From NCBI RefSeq assembly GCF_003704095.1, contig NW_020845065.1:62001-126000 (forward strand): a stretch of 64,000 nucleotides of DNA, given 5' to 3'. How positions within the stretch are numbered: position 1 is the first letter of the stretch; each line of letters starts with the position of its first letter. Source of the stretch: Pocillopora damicornis. Lineage: Eukaryota. Below, in pieces: positions 38,400 through 50,600 of the stretch. Position numbers and translations under genes: made by a program. The notes under the pieces were generated by a model. It was given only the letters and a program-made list of their open reading frames with translations, did no database searches and had not been told where the DNA came from.

Positions 38400-41300
38400 G
38401 ATTTCCATGAGACGGTCTTTGTGTTTTACAGATGAGAGCACATATTTCCGTTGTCTTTAATTAACTGATCCATTTTCAAGGAGAGTCGCCAATTGAGGCT
38501 TTTCTGGTTAGCATTTCATCACCAACTGGAAACAAGGAATCTCTTTTAATAATTATTGTTTTAATTGTTCGGTTTTCCGTTTGCAATTTGCTTAACCGAC
38601 CTTACAACATGAAAATAACAAGTCTTTAAGTTGATTCTTCGGATTTTGCCTTTCTCCATTACAGCGTACATCATGTTTTCAGAGATTGCCTAAGCAATGC
38701 GCCACCTTTGATTTATGACAAGAGGCCAACATTTTTTTCACCCATCCCCGTGATCTCTGAACGTGTTCCAAACCGCAGTCAAGGATCCATTTGATGAAAA
38801 CCTAAGAGGAGCCGCATCACTGTTTATGTGTCACGCCTAAAATTAACCTTTTTTACATTGAAAGGCATGTGTGGTATTTTTTTAACTGTCCTACGCACGT
38901 ATCAATCAGACAATTCTTTTGTTTCATTTCAAACTGGCCATCTTAAAATTAGGAATCTTCTTGAGCACATGTGATTATTCCTACCTGGCAACTTGAAATA
39001 ATTAATTGTTTGAAAATGCGCCAATCTGATTTGATATTTTGTGGTATGCACTTATCAAGGGGAGGGCAGGGCAAGGCTATTGGCCGGGTTAAAACTTTTT
39101 GATTCACATGCCGGCAAATCAAAATCCAATGATGAGAACAGCATGCTGAGTGAGTAGTGGGGTTTGTGACAATTCCTGAAGGTTTTAGAAAAGCGGCAAA
39201 TGGCTCTGATCTTCAAATCAGCTTGTTATTGTTGATTTTAGAGAGGTTTTCTCTGTAATCCCGAGGGACTAAGCCTATAGAGGGCGTTCCTTTGTTGATG
39301 GACAAGCGCTAAGACAAGTGTCACGCCTCATTGCGATGCAATATGAGATGAATTTCCTTTTGCATCCGCGGGGTTTCCGGATCAGTCTCGTTGCATTCGG
39401 ACCGTACTTCGGCGGTGTGTTGTTCTGCCCCGGTCACAAACATTTGGGGATTCCTCCACGTACACAAATAACATTATTTTGCTTCAAAAAACCATCCTCG
39501 GTCGGATTTATAGCGCATTCAACAAGTAAAGACAGCGATTTAAAGTGGAAGCGAGGCACAGACGAAGCATACTACAATACCGCAACTTGAGGTAAACCGG
39601 GGAATACAAATATTATGCTCGCTAAGGAAATCTGTTTCGATGAAAAAGTATTTCCTTGGGTTATAAACTCTTCAAAATTTTAGATTTTGACGAGGGACGC
39701 CTTAAGTCAATGTGTTTTAATGTGGGTGACTCTTAAGTTTGAATGGAGCATGCTTCTCTTTGATTCTTTGTTGTTGTTGAATGGATCATGTGTGACAACA
39801 TAAAACGAGATGCAACTACCATTGACCCCAAAGATTTTAGTATATCGGGTTTTTTTCAACGACTTTAAAGGATCTGCCGAGGCTTGTCTGTTTGATTTGA
39901 TGAGTCGATCTTTACTGTAAAATCAGAAATCTCAGATGGAAACTCACAACTGTCTACAGTAACATGAACACGCGACATTTAGATGAATAATAAATTTCGT
40001 ATTCCACAGGTGTCTGTTTTGTGAACTGACACGGTGAGAGTGGAAGCATCATGAAAGTCAGGTCGTTGTAATTTTTTTCGGGAAAAGAAACGCTTGAACA
40101 GAAGATCGGATCGCAAAAACTTCCATATCATAGAAACGGGCTCCATGGGTCTTGCGGTTGAGAGATGTTGATGGTTCTTTGTATTCACAACAAACACAAA
40201 AGCGGTTACAAGATTTCTTTCCCCGTTGCCTCATTTCGTAATATTTTGTTGAAGTTGGGTCAACGATCTGCAAGTGATCCGTGTATTTTCTGCTAGGAAA
40301 GCGAATTATCTTCTGTCTCTATTTCATCCAATGTATTGTCATTTAAATCGTGGAAATTGTGATCCACAAGTCGAACAATTTTGTTGATATTTGGTAAACA
40401 TGGGTCATGTGCCTAGTGTCGGTTTGATCAAAGATCCTTGAATAATGTTTACAAAACGTCCTGTAGATTTTCGGTGGGTTTCTTCTGTAGTTTTTTTCGG
40501 ATCAAAGTGCACTAAAAGGCTTTTGTAGTCTCGTTGTCAATATTACACCTTGAAGCTAAAAACATCATCGCAAGACTTTTCCTCTTTGTTAAACGCGCGA
40601 ATTGTTTTCTCTTTGAGACGCACAAGATCCAAGACTTCTTGATTAATTTGTTACCTATCAATGAGTTGAAAATGTAAAATTTTTCCTCTTTCTTCGGGAT
40701 TCTTGATGTCGTGACTTTCATGTAGACACATTTTATTGCTGAGTAATTTTCCCGTCTGGTGTATGTTATTGCTCGTTCCTGTTTGTTTTTCCAACATCCC
40801 TTGTTCTAGTGTATTTTTAATCCTTGTTGTTTGGGCTACAGCGATAACATGTATGCAGAACATTCACAGAACAATTATAAAACGAAACTTTTTTGTATTT
40901 TTTCCATGTACGCCTGAGGGTTGTCACGTCCAGTCTCTCGGCTTTGTAAACACGCCACAGCGGGATACAGGGCATGATGATTTCCAATACACAAAACACA
41001 ACAGCCCAATAAATGTCTTTTGGCCTGCCACTACCGCACTTATCCTAAGCTGGTCTTTCCATTTGAAATTGCTAAGAACCAATTGTGATTTTAAGAGAAT
41101 TATCTTTTGCGAGATTGCTATCGCGTTAATTTGTCGCTTTGATGCACGTATATCGTCAGAGGAAGAATTTTGTGACCTTTCGCAATGAGAGGTGAGCAAG
41201 CCCCCTGGCTCAAATTTAATCGCTGTGGTATTTTGATGAAAAACACAAATATACCAATAAGAAATGTTTACAATTTAAAAGTCAGCTCTGTCCTGGTGTA
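38400..41300 (-). mobile_element. Highly decayed large DNA-transposase relic (Academ-like, tentative)
   Basis: Broken minus-strand frames give CGVFTKPRD, DDVFSFKV*Y*QRDYKS, TLKHIDL and DFLSEHNICIP...VL*YA, in the order I recall for YHxxC / DxxAxxVxYHxxCY / TPKH / IPP motifs of large cnidarian transposases. Many stops and frameshifts; boundaries approximate. Confidence 0.4.
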
Positions 41301-43402
41301 ATGCCCTTTTCTATCGTCAACCGAGCGTGGTGAGTTTTCAATACATTTTTCCAGTTTCAGGAACGTGTGATGACAGTAAGTTTTCCTCACGTCGTCAAGC
41401 CATTTTGTTTCCAATTTGCGTCGCATGCGAGTTTATGTTACAATTTTGTTGCATTCGATGTAACGGGCGGTTTAAAAGAATCCCTCAAACATTCTTTCCC
41501 CGTTCAAACGCATCAGAATTACAATATGGTTGATTTGCATCTCTCCAGCTGACAGTAATTGAGCTGCGTATAAACACAACGGAAATTGCCTTCGGTTTTT
41601 ATCTGTCAAATATATTTCGTTGCCTTTCTATCTTATCTCTGTCATCACACTCTCTTTGTGTCAATACAGTGGTGGTCGGATGGTTGTGATTTTTCATCTA
41701 TTCCAACCGTGTTTAAATTGAGCCATTATTATGGTAAGCTGAGTTTTAAGATTTAGGTCAACCTGTTTGTGTAAACTCTAGCTGACTTCACTGTAAAGGT
41801 ATCCTGGTTTTCATCGTTTGTTTTAACTCTTTGTCCTGTCAAAGTGCTTTCTAACAAACCACTTGAAGATAACGAATTAACCAGTCCCTATCTGATGAGC
41901 TTACCAAGTAAGAACATGCCCTCCATACTTTCTAATGGAAATATCGCATAGACACAAACTTGCCGTTCAAGATTGTAGGTTAGATGTCGCAAATTGATAA
42001 TTTTTTACCATCTGTGAAGGAAAAAAAAGGCTATCAGATTTCATCTGACAGGCAACAATTACATTGAAATCCAATGAATGTGACTAAATACAGTTTGGCT
42101 TAAAGTAATTAAATGTCTGCAGCATTTTGGCACTTGTATAGGAAATTAAGTTAGATTTACTTGGCAAGTGGGCATTTTGAATTACTAAAAGTTAAGCACT
42201 TTTTATGAATTTGCACTTTCACAGACTGAAACATTTTACTCTTATCTCTGGGCTCCACAACCACCATCTGTTCAGGCTAGGAGACCTTGGTCTTTCCCCA
42301 TGGATACTGAACTGTATCTTCAATGGTAGAAGATATGAAGTCCACATTTCTGACACATGTACAAGTCTAGCCCAATTCTCCCCAACTAAGCTTTGCTGTT
42401 GTATAACTATCTCCTGTTCCTATGTGTGTGAAAAGAAAAGTATTTTCAAAAAAACAATCTTGTAGAAGTGGCAATTACATGTATGAGAAATTCTTCAGAT
42501 GTGTAGCATTACTTATTTACCAAAATTTTCACACTGACTATTTTGATGAGTGCTCTATCAAATAATGTTAAGGGTAAATTTTGAGGTGATTGAATTAGTT
42601 CTAAATTGCACTCAGCTTAGGGAAATTTAGAGTTAAAAGGATAATATTCCAGGGAATGAAATTTTTTCAGAGGTCAAGGTGCACCTTGCAGGGGTATGAT
42701 TCCCTTGATCTCTTATAATGTTGTTTGTTTTTGCATTAAGATGATCAGCTTAAGAAAATCAGACATGGCTTATCATCATGTTATTTCAGGAGCTAACTTC
42801 ATATTCATGTGTTGTTTTAAGATTAAGATTACACTCGGCAATAGAGATTGAACAATTTGCACATCTTTCTCACTAAACCAGACTGACAGCTTTAAGTTGT
42901 TTACTGTCACAGGCCAACTAGAAGTGTGAACACAATCTCTTGACTCTTAGATCTGTTACAGGGGAGTGTCAAGTCTGAGTATTTTTTTGAGTGAGACTTT
43001 CTCAGGTCATGATAAAATGGTCCAGACTTGCCTCATTGACAAGTCTGCAGGTTGCATACCTCCTTAACTTGATCATAAGGAGTTGAAAACCACAGATCAC
43101 AGAGAGAGTAGGGCTATATCCCAGCAAACTCACCAGCTTTTTGTACTACATATACTTTATTTTCCAATGATTTGGGAAGAGCTAAACAAGAGAGGTCAAC
43201 CAAAAGTTGTGTGAAGAGTACAATTTATTCAGTTTATGATCACTGTTATACACTTGTATTACAACAATGTACTTTCATTTTAGAAACTTGGGGCCTTTTT
43301 CAGAGGAGGAATCAGGCTCCATGATTCAGTGTTTGATAACAATCTTCTTAATGGCATCATGACAAAATATTTTATACCTCTTACTAACTAAACAAACCAA
43401 GT

Positions 43403-43639
43403 GGTAGAAAGAGGGTAGGTTTCTAAAGAAACTGTGGTACTACGTCAGTGGGAAAGTATAGCAGGTAATTTAGTGTTAACAACTGAGTTGAAGACATAAA
43501 TTGGCCACCCTAAAGAGTAAAAAAGCTGACATTTCGGGCATTAGCCCTTCGTCAGAGCTAACACTTGAAACGTCAGCTTTTTTACTCTTTAGGGTGGCCA
43601 ATTTACGTTTTCAACTCAGTTGTTAACACTAAATTACCT
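43403..43639. mobile_element. Penelope-terminus-derived fold-back element with 8-bp flanking direct repeat
   Basis: Inverted arms spanning 43463-43639; aaccaagt at 43395-43402 and 43640-43647; same family as 56875-56966. Confidence 0.75.
43523..43559 (-). ncRNA. Minimal type I hammerhead ribozyme-like motif
   Basis: Minus strand AGCU-CUGACGA-A-GGGC-UAAU-GCCC-GAAA-UG-UC-AGCU: core boxes, 4-bp stem II, 4-bp stem I, vestigial stem III. Confidence 0.55.
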
Positions 43640-44006
43640 AACCAAGTTGAAGGTCTGTATTGTCAGTTATGGACTGAGTTTTTTTCTTCTCTGCTTTATG
43701 ACCCAGGTACCGGCTAAATTGACCAATCACAGTGCACATACTGAGAGACATGAAAATTTCATTTATTGTAGAATGATGGATGTGTTTACATGATTAAGAA
43801 ATATTTGAAATTTGGGTATTTTTTGGTTGGCCCAATTTCACATGTGCATATACTTGAATTACCATGATTCCTGTCAATCATAGGTTAACATCACATTATT
43901 AATTTGCTTTTTTTAATTTGTGATTTCAGATTTTTTCAATCATTACAATCCTTGCCAAGGCTCTAAACATTAAATTGTATGATCCCACACATTTCTTATT
44001 GACAAG

Positions 44007-45231
44007 ATGGCAGATTGCTACGTAATAGTTACAACAAGGAACATTTTATGGATGGTGTTGTCAGTTGTCGCAACGCTGGCTGTGATAGCTGGAATTATGA
44101 CACCCAAGTGGTTGTATGGAAGATCAGTGCTTTTCGATGACAAGAACTATAATTTTACATCTCAGTACATCCCACCGGAGGCGATGTACAGGCCATCAAT
44201 TGGCATCTACAACCGCTGTAAAAAAATTCATAAGAGTGTTGGAGGGGATCCAGAACTAAATTGTTACACTTACATCAAAAACTTTATGGAGATTCCTTCA
44301 GCTGCTTGGCAAGCTTGTCTGTTTTTTCTATGGTTTGGTACAGCACTTCTAGCTATTGTTGTACTCATGTCCATCGTGGGATTTTGTGCACAAAGTATAG
44401 GAAAGAAAAGTATTTTCTCACTTGGTGGAGTGATCCAGGCTATAGCAGGTAATTACTGGGAAACATAACTTTTATTGATAGTTGTTTGTATTCTTTCAAG
44501 TGATTAGTTTTTTTCCATACCTTGGAGCATTTGGTCCTTTTTCAGTTAAGCCTCTTCTTGTTTGACACACATTTTCAGTTAACCCTGTTCTTGTTTGACA
44601 CCCATTTTCGTGAAAAATACCAAGGCACGGCCTGGAATACTGCTATAGGAAACCAACTTTCTTCTGTTAAACAATTACAGAAAAAAAAATAGTTTATAGT
44701 GTGATACTTTATGAAAGCATCACTCTGTACGAAAGATCATTAGTCAGCCTTGTAGTGAATGAATCATAGCTTTTCTTGCCTTGTTATTACTGTTATGCAT
44801 TCTCAGTTCCAACAAACTGAAATTAAACATTGAAAAACTGCAACAAGTTATTGGTCCAAGCACATGCATATGCATAAGTGAATTGTTGTACCAGTGATCT
44901 TGTAAACCAAATTCAAAGGTTTCTTTTCCTGGGAGCTAACATTTGTTATGTGGGGTTCTTTATAGCACTCTTTCTTGTGATTGGCCTTGTTCTCTACCCT
45001 GCTGGCTGGGGCAGTGAAACAGTTGGTGATCTTTGCACAAAGCCATCACAGAAACCTGGAGCTTTTGTACTTAACGAATGCTCAATGGGATGGGCATTTT
45101 ATGCCGTGCTTGGAGGTACATTGTCATCATTTCTATGTTCCTTGTTATCTGGTCAAGCAGAGAAGTCTACATCAAGTGATGACGTGCAAGATGAAATTTC
45201 AGACGGAAAGACTTTGATTTGTCTTATTTAA
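44007..45231 (+). CDS. LHFPL2: LHFPL tetraspan family member 2-like, 235 aa, 2 coding exons
   Basis: Exons 44007-44448 and 44966-45231. MADCYVIVTTRNILW..., SIGIYNRC, four hydrophobic segments, LYPAGWGS, CSMGWAFY, C-terminal TSSDDVQDEISDGKTLICLI like LHFPL2. Acceptor at 43929 implies an upstream 5' UTR exon. Confidence 0.9.
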
Positions 45232-46619
45232 TTGGATTGCTGGAAGTTGGCAAGGGTATGTCGCAGTTTCCTATGTTGTGAGGACTGTTGTCATTATCAA
45301 CATGGCAACTTTTCTTGTGGACTTGTACATGGCTGTAATGTGCTGTAGCTGTTAAGGTTCACTGGCAAATTCTGCTATTAAGAGAACATTCAATCAAAGA
45401 ACAGAAATCAAGGTGTTTGTTTATAGATATAGATTAACTTGTGGTTACAAATAACTTTAAAATAGTAATTGCATGATTTTAATCAAGAATGTAAAGTTTG
45501 TGGTAAACTGGCATAAATTGGAGTTTTGACAGTGATGGAATCAGGATCTTTTCCAGACCATTTATAGAAGGTGGTACAAATTTCAATTGATTTGAAAGAT
45601 TTAATCTGTTAAAAGGGATGAATCACTGATGAGCATGGTATCAAATTGTTTGTCTTGAGAACGGAAATGTTAACTGAAAAGTTTCCAAGTATCAACCATT
45701 TCTCTTGAGCAGTTAGAGGGCTGCTCTCTGTCACACATTTCAGAGTCACCTTGTGAGCTGTTGTATTTGAAAAAGAGTCTCAGTGTATGTTACATGATTA
45801 AAACTTGCTTTTGAGAAGACTGTCAGCATAAGTTAATAGTTGTATATAATATTAAAATTAGAAGAAAGAGTTCTTTTCACAATTTAAAATAAACAGTACA
45901 ATAAACAGTATATTTGGTCAGGAATGTCAGCACTTGCATTTCTGAATTTGGTTTTAAGTGTGTTTTTTTTTAAAATAATATTGATTGACAGGACTTCTGA
46001 CCTTAAAGGGCTTAAGAAAAAAATGTTGTTAGCTCACAATTTTCATGTAATAGTTATCGGCTACTATTTAACATGATAATTATGTCAAATTAATGGAAAG
46101 GATCTTTTGAACAAGTATTTTTTTTTACTCTTTATTGTTTTAACTAAAGAGATTTGCTGGTTTCAAAACTGTCTATTACAGTTTTTAATGAAATAAATTC
46201 TTATTTATATTTACAAGGTCACCCTCAGCCTTATTCCTACCAAAGGACTACATGACGTTTCTAAGCACCAAAAAATCAACCATTTTCAATCAACCTTTTT
46301 TGGAAGTTTTAATCAACTGAGTTAATTTCTTCATCAGGTTTTGCAATCAAACACTATGTTTTGTTCTTTCCACTAATAGTTTGTTCATTCATGTTCCTTG
46401 TTTCTATCAACATGATGTTTCTATGAATCCTCAATTCCTGCCAAAGTTATTGATCTGTAGAGTGTCAGTACAAGAATTTCAAGATGGTAATGATTGACCC
46501 TGCATTATATCAACAGACAATTGATTGACACTCTTATCATAGTCAATTACTTGCTGATAGTTGGTCAACAGTTGAACACCAGTTAAACCATTGACATCCT
46601 GGTTAAATTCCTGTGAATA

Positions 46620-46775
46620 GGGGGTGAGTTTCTAAAGAAACTATGGTGCTGCGTCGGTGGGGGGGTATAACAAGATAATTTGGTTTAACAACTGAGTTTG
46701 AGTTGATAATGTAAATTGGTCACTGTAGTGGGTTTCAAAACTGATGTTTTTGAGTGTCAACCCTTCATCAGAGTG
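46620..46775 (-). repeat. Degenerate Penelope-terminus repeat (other copies 30478-30512, 54828-55010)
   Basis: gtttctaaagaaactatggtgctgcgtcggtggg...cccttcatcagag matches the 43.4 kb and 54.8 kb copies. Confidence 0.7.
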
Positions 46776-46876
46776 AATGGAGTTGAGAGAGTTGAATGAC
46801 CATAATCTACTGCCAACCAACATACTGATGTGGCTGTTAATCAAGAGTGCTCCGAATTAACTTATTTTAATCTTGC

Positions 46877-47154
46877 ATGATCAAGCCACCTTTGAGGTCC
46901 ACTAGGTAAAGTCTGGCCAGAACTAACCAATTATCCTTTCTCTGTGTGGAGATTACTGCTTTACAAAATAGAAAAATTTCAGCATAATATGAAATCACAA
47001 AATCTTATCAAACAGTAATGATGATCAAGCCACCTGTCCACCAGGTAAAGTCTGGCCAGAATTAACCAATTATCCTTTCTCTGTGTGGAGATTATTGCTT
47101 TACAAAACTGAAAAATTTCAGCTTAATATGAAATCACAAAATCGTATCAAACAG
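46877..47154. repeat. Tandem duplication of ~135-140 bp upstream of PRUNE
   Basis: 46877-47015 versus 47021-47154 near-identical. Confidence 0.9.
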
Positions 47155-47650
47155 AAAAGATTCTCCCATCGTTCTGTGAGGCTTCATATTTGGAATGAGC
47201 AGATGCAGATTTGAACCCTTCAGGTAGACTGATCAGGGACAATAACTAACCTTTAGAGGCCATCTCAGGTTTTCTTTTTCAAATACCTTTCCATGAAAAA
47301 TCAAAGCCTTCTGTTCTTTCTGGGGGTAATTAGAAACCCAGAAAATGTGACATTAAAACCGTCGTGAGGTCTTTTTATTTACTTTTAACAACGACACGAA
47401 AAGAAAAAGGGCAGGCAATTTTCCAGGACTAAGGAGGATAGCTTAATTCTAACACCACCTTCACACACATCAAAAATAGTTGTACCTTAGGATAATTTAT
47501 TATCTGGAAAGAAAAAGGTGGCAAATTAAACCTCTTGCAATGGAAAGCCCAACAAGTTGCACTCTTCCCAGGTCTTCCCAAGTTTTTTCAGCTGCTCACA
47601 CAGGGGTCTGAATCCAAGTTTACTTCTCGTGAAGCGCGAAGAGAGTTAAC

Positions 47651-50600
47651 ATGGAGGCATTTCTGAAGTTTACGAAGGTGGGATTTTATCTGTGTTGTTA
47701 TTTTAGGACGACTTTAACCGATGCGGTGCTCTTTGTATGGTGTGATAAGTTGAAAACAGCCATATGTACGATTCGGTTACCTCCAAATCGATACAAATCG
47801 GAAAACTATGGAGATGCAGAGGTGAAGATATTGTCACCTGGAACATCATGCATGTATATCTTTACATGTATAGGAAAAAAAACTTTTAAGTTGCAAAGTA
47901 AAATGCGCTGTACCGACTGATTTCTTATTCTTAACTCCTTGACTGATAGTTTTGTCTTTTCTTAATTTTTTATGTTCACAATAATTATCCAATTTGTGAC
48001 CCTTATTAATTTATTTTGTGATTATATTTTGTTGTTTACACAGGTAATGTAAAACCTTATTTTTATTGAATATAGTGTTGGTATAACCGTTGTAAATGTA
48101 TTTATTTGTCATCAGAGTAAACCTGATACGCTTTAGTTTTATAGCAACTCGATAGCTGACTATACTTTTTTAATAGGTTACCAATTATAAATAAAGATAA
48201 CTACAAATTTTGAGAATTTAAACCTTCTGAAAGTCTGTACTTGCATTTAGGATTGTTTGGCAAATATTTCTCAGTTTTCTGAGGTGCATGTTGTGCTGGG
48301 CAATGAAGCATGTGATCTTGACTCTATGGTGTCATCTTTACTTTACGCTTTCTCAATTTACAAGGTGAGATTTACAGTAACTACAACCGTGTTTTGAACT
48401 TATTCATGAAGTTCCTCACTTTCCTCGTATATGCAGCATGAAATTGTAAATCCACTTAGGAATTTTCCCTGCATTTCTGGAGTTCCATTCTATCAACCCT
48501 GTACTTGATCAATTAACTCCCACAAGTTAGTAAAATTTACTTCTCAATTCAATATCGGCTGTCATCAGGTAATGATAATACACATATAGTATTGTTTAGA
48601 GGTTGTTAACTTGATATAAAACTTTTAACCCTCTTCACCTTAACATCAGCATGTCTTCTCCATGCTGTTCTTTATACATTTCCTATAGCACTGACAAGGA
48701 GAATTTAGCTAAAAATCAAGAACTTTTCAAGCTTTAATTCTTATGAGGCTAATGTTTGATTTGGCAGCAATACCTCAGTGAGAAATTAAATAATAGTTAC
48801 CCTTAACTAATTCACAATGAAATGTATAGCTCCTGGAAAGGAGATTCGAAAAGTTTAAAAATCTTCATTTAATATGAAGATTTTACCAGAATAATTATGA
48901 TTATTGACATGGATTAATTACAATAATAATGTTTAGCCAAGTACAATGTAAAGCTGCAAAATATAACTTGCTTTAAAACTTAACCAAACAGACATTTTTT
49001 AAAACTTGACACATGCATTACCTTAAAATTTTTGCCATCCCCATCCATGCTTATTCCCTTTTCATTCATTCCTCTATCTTTTGTATTTTTTTTAATTTAG
49101 TAATCATTAAAGACTGTTTTAAGGTTTCACTTTTAATTTTTTTCCTCACTGACAGACACTTATCAATGTTCCAGGGAAGCCAATAGCCGTTATTCCTGTA
49201 TTCAACATACATAAGGAAGACTTTTGTTTGAGGACAGAGGCGGTTTTTCTATTCCAGAGATATCTACTTGACTCAAGTTCCTTCATATTTATAGAAGATG
49301 TTGACTTGGAAAACCTACTGGAAACAGGGAAACTGCAGCTTATTTTAGTGGATCATAACATCTTAGCAAAAAGGCAGAAACACTTGGATGTTGCTGTCTT
49401 TGAGATCCTTGTTAAGTGTGATTGCTACTGTTTTGCATCAATTTGTGCATAACTTCCTTAACATTTTCTTGCTTCAATTTTTACTTAGTCTGTCACTTCT
49501 CAGTAAATGTTCCCAGTCCTCTATTTCCTCAGATGATTGATGTTTGCTTCATATTTTTCTTGCAGACCATCATAAAGATCAATGGCCAGCTTATTTGAAA
49601 GTAAGAAAAAACATTGAACCTGTGGGATCATGCTGCACACTTGTGACAGAGAAATTATTGGCTTTAGATTTATTAGATGGGCAGATGGCAAGCCTGCTGT
49701 TAGGATCAATACTTCTGGACACTATTAACTTGGATCCCAGAGCTGGAAGAGCCACAGATAAAGACAGAAATATTGTCAAGCAATTGCAGGATAAATTTCC
49801 TCTAGCCCTAGATGAACTGTACAGATCTGTCAGTACAGGTTAGTTGAATCAGTGACACCTAGAACATTTAACATTGTCACTCCCAAAGGTACTCTTTTTG
49901 AGAAGAAAATGGTTGCCTAGTATTCTCTAAACAAATCCTATACATAGTCCTTTGAGATCTTTGTGATTCAAGATTTCCTCAACAAGATCCAGGAAGATCT
50001 CTTCATTTTTCATGAAACCTCAGAAGAGTCCTCAGTATAGTCATGCCAGGGTCACTACATGTTACTGAAAGTAACCAACGGCTCACTTAAATATGAAAAA
50101 AACCTGTGATTGTAATTATAAATCTTGGACCTTTTAAGTAAAAATCAAGAATGGTAAACTTCACCCTAAACAGCCCAGTGTTTAACACTGACATGGGAAT
50201 TATTTATTACAATGGCCATCAAATAATGTCCCACCAACTGAAATCTTTTGCTAACAAATCAACCTCCAGGAGTGACTAGCATCTGATGTCTGCTTACAGT
50301 ATCACCCCTGAATAAATCATTTGGTCATTTGAATGAATAAAACTGATGATCACCAACCAAAGAAGTCTTTCAGTACAATGGGAAGTGTGTGGTGAATATG
50401 CATACTCAAGGTCTTTCAAGCCTAGTAGCCCCTTCANNNNNNNNNNNNNNNNNNNNNNNNNNNNNNNNNNNNNNNNNNNNNNNNNNNNNNNNNNNNNNNN
50501 NNNNNNNNNNNNNNNNNNNNNNNNNNNNNNNNNNNNNNNNNNAGGAGAAGTAATGTGAGATTAATGCATCTTGCTAACGATAACATATCTGTCAGACCTC

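Noticed and set aside
40736-41188. 150-aa plus-strand ORF and other short ORF-track entries in introns and intergenic DNA
   Set aside because: No recognisable motifs; mostly antisense shadows, intron read-through of real exons, or chance ORFs.
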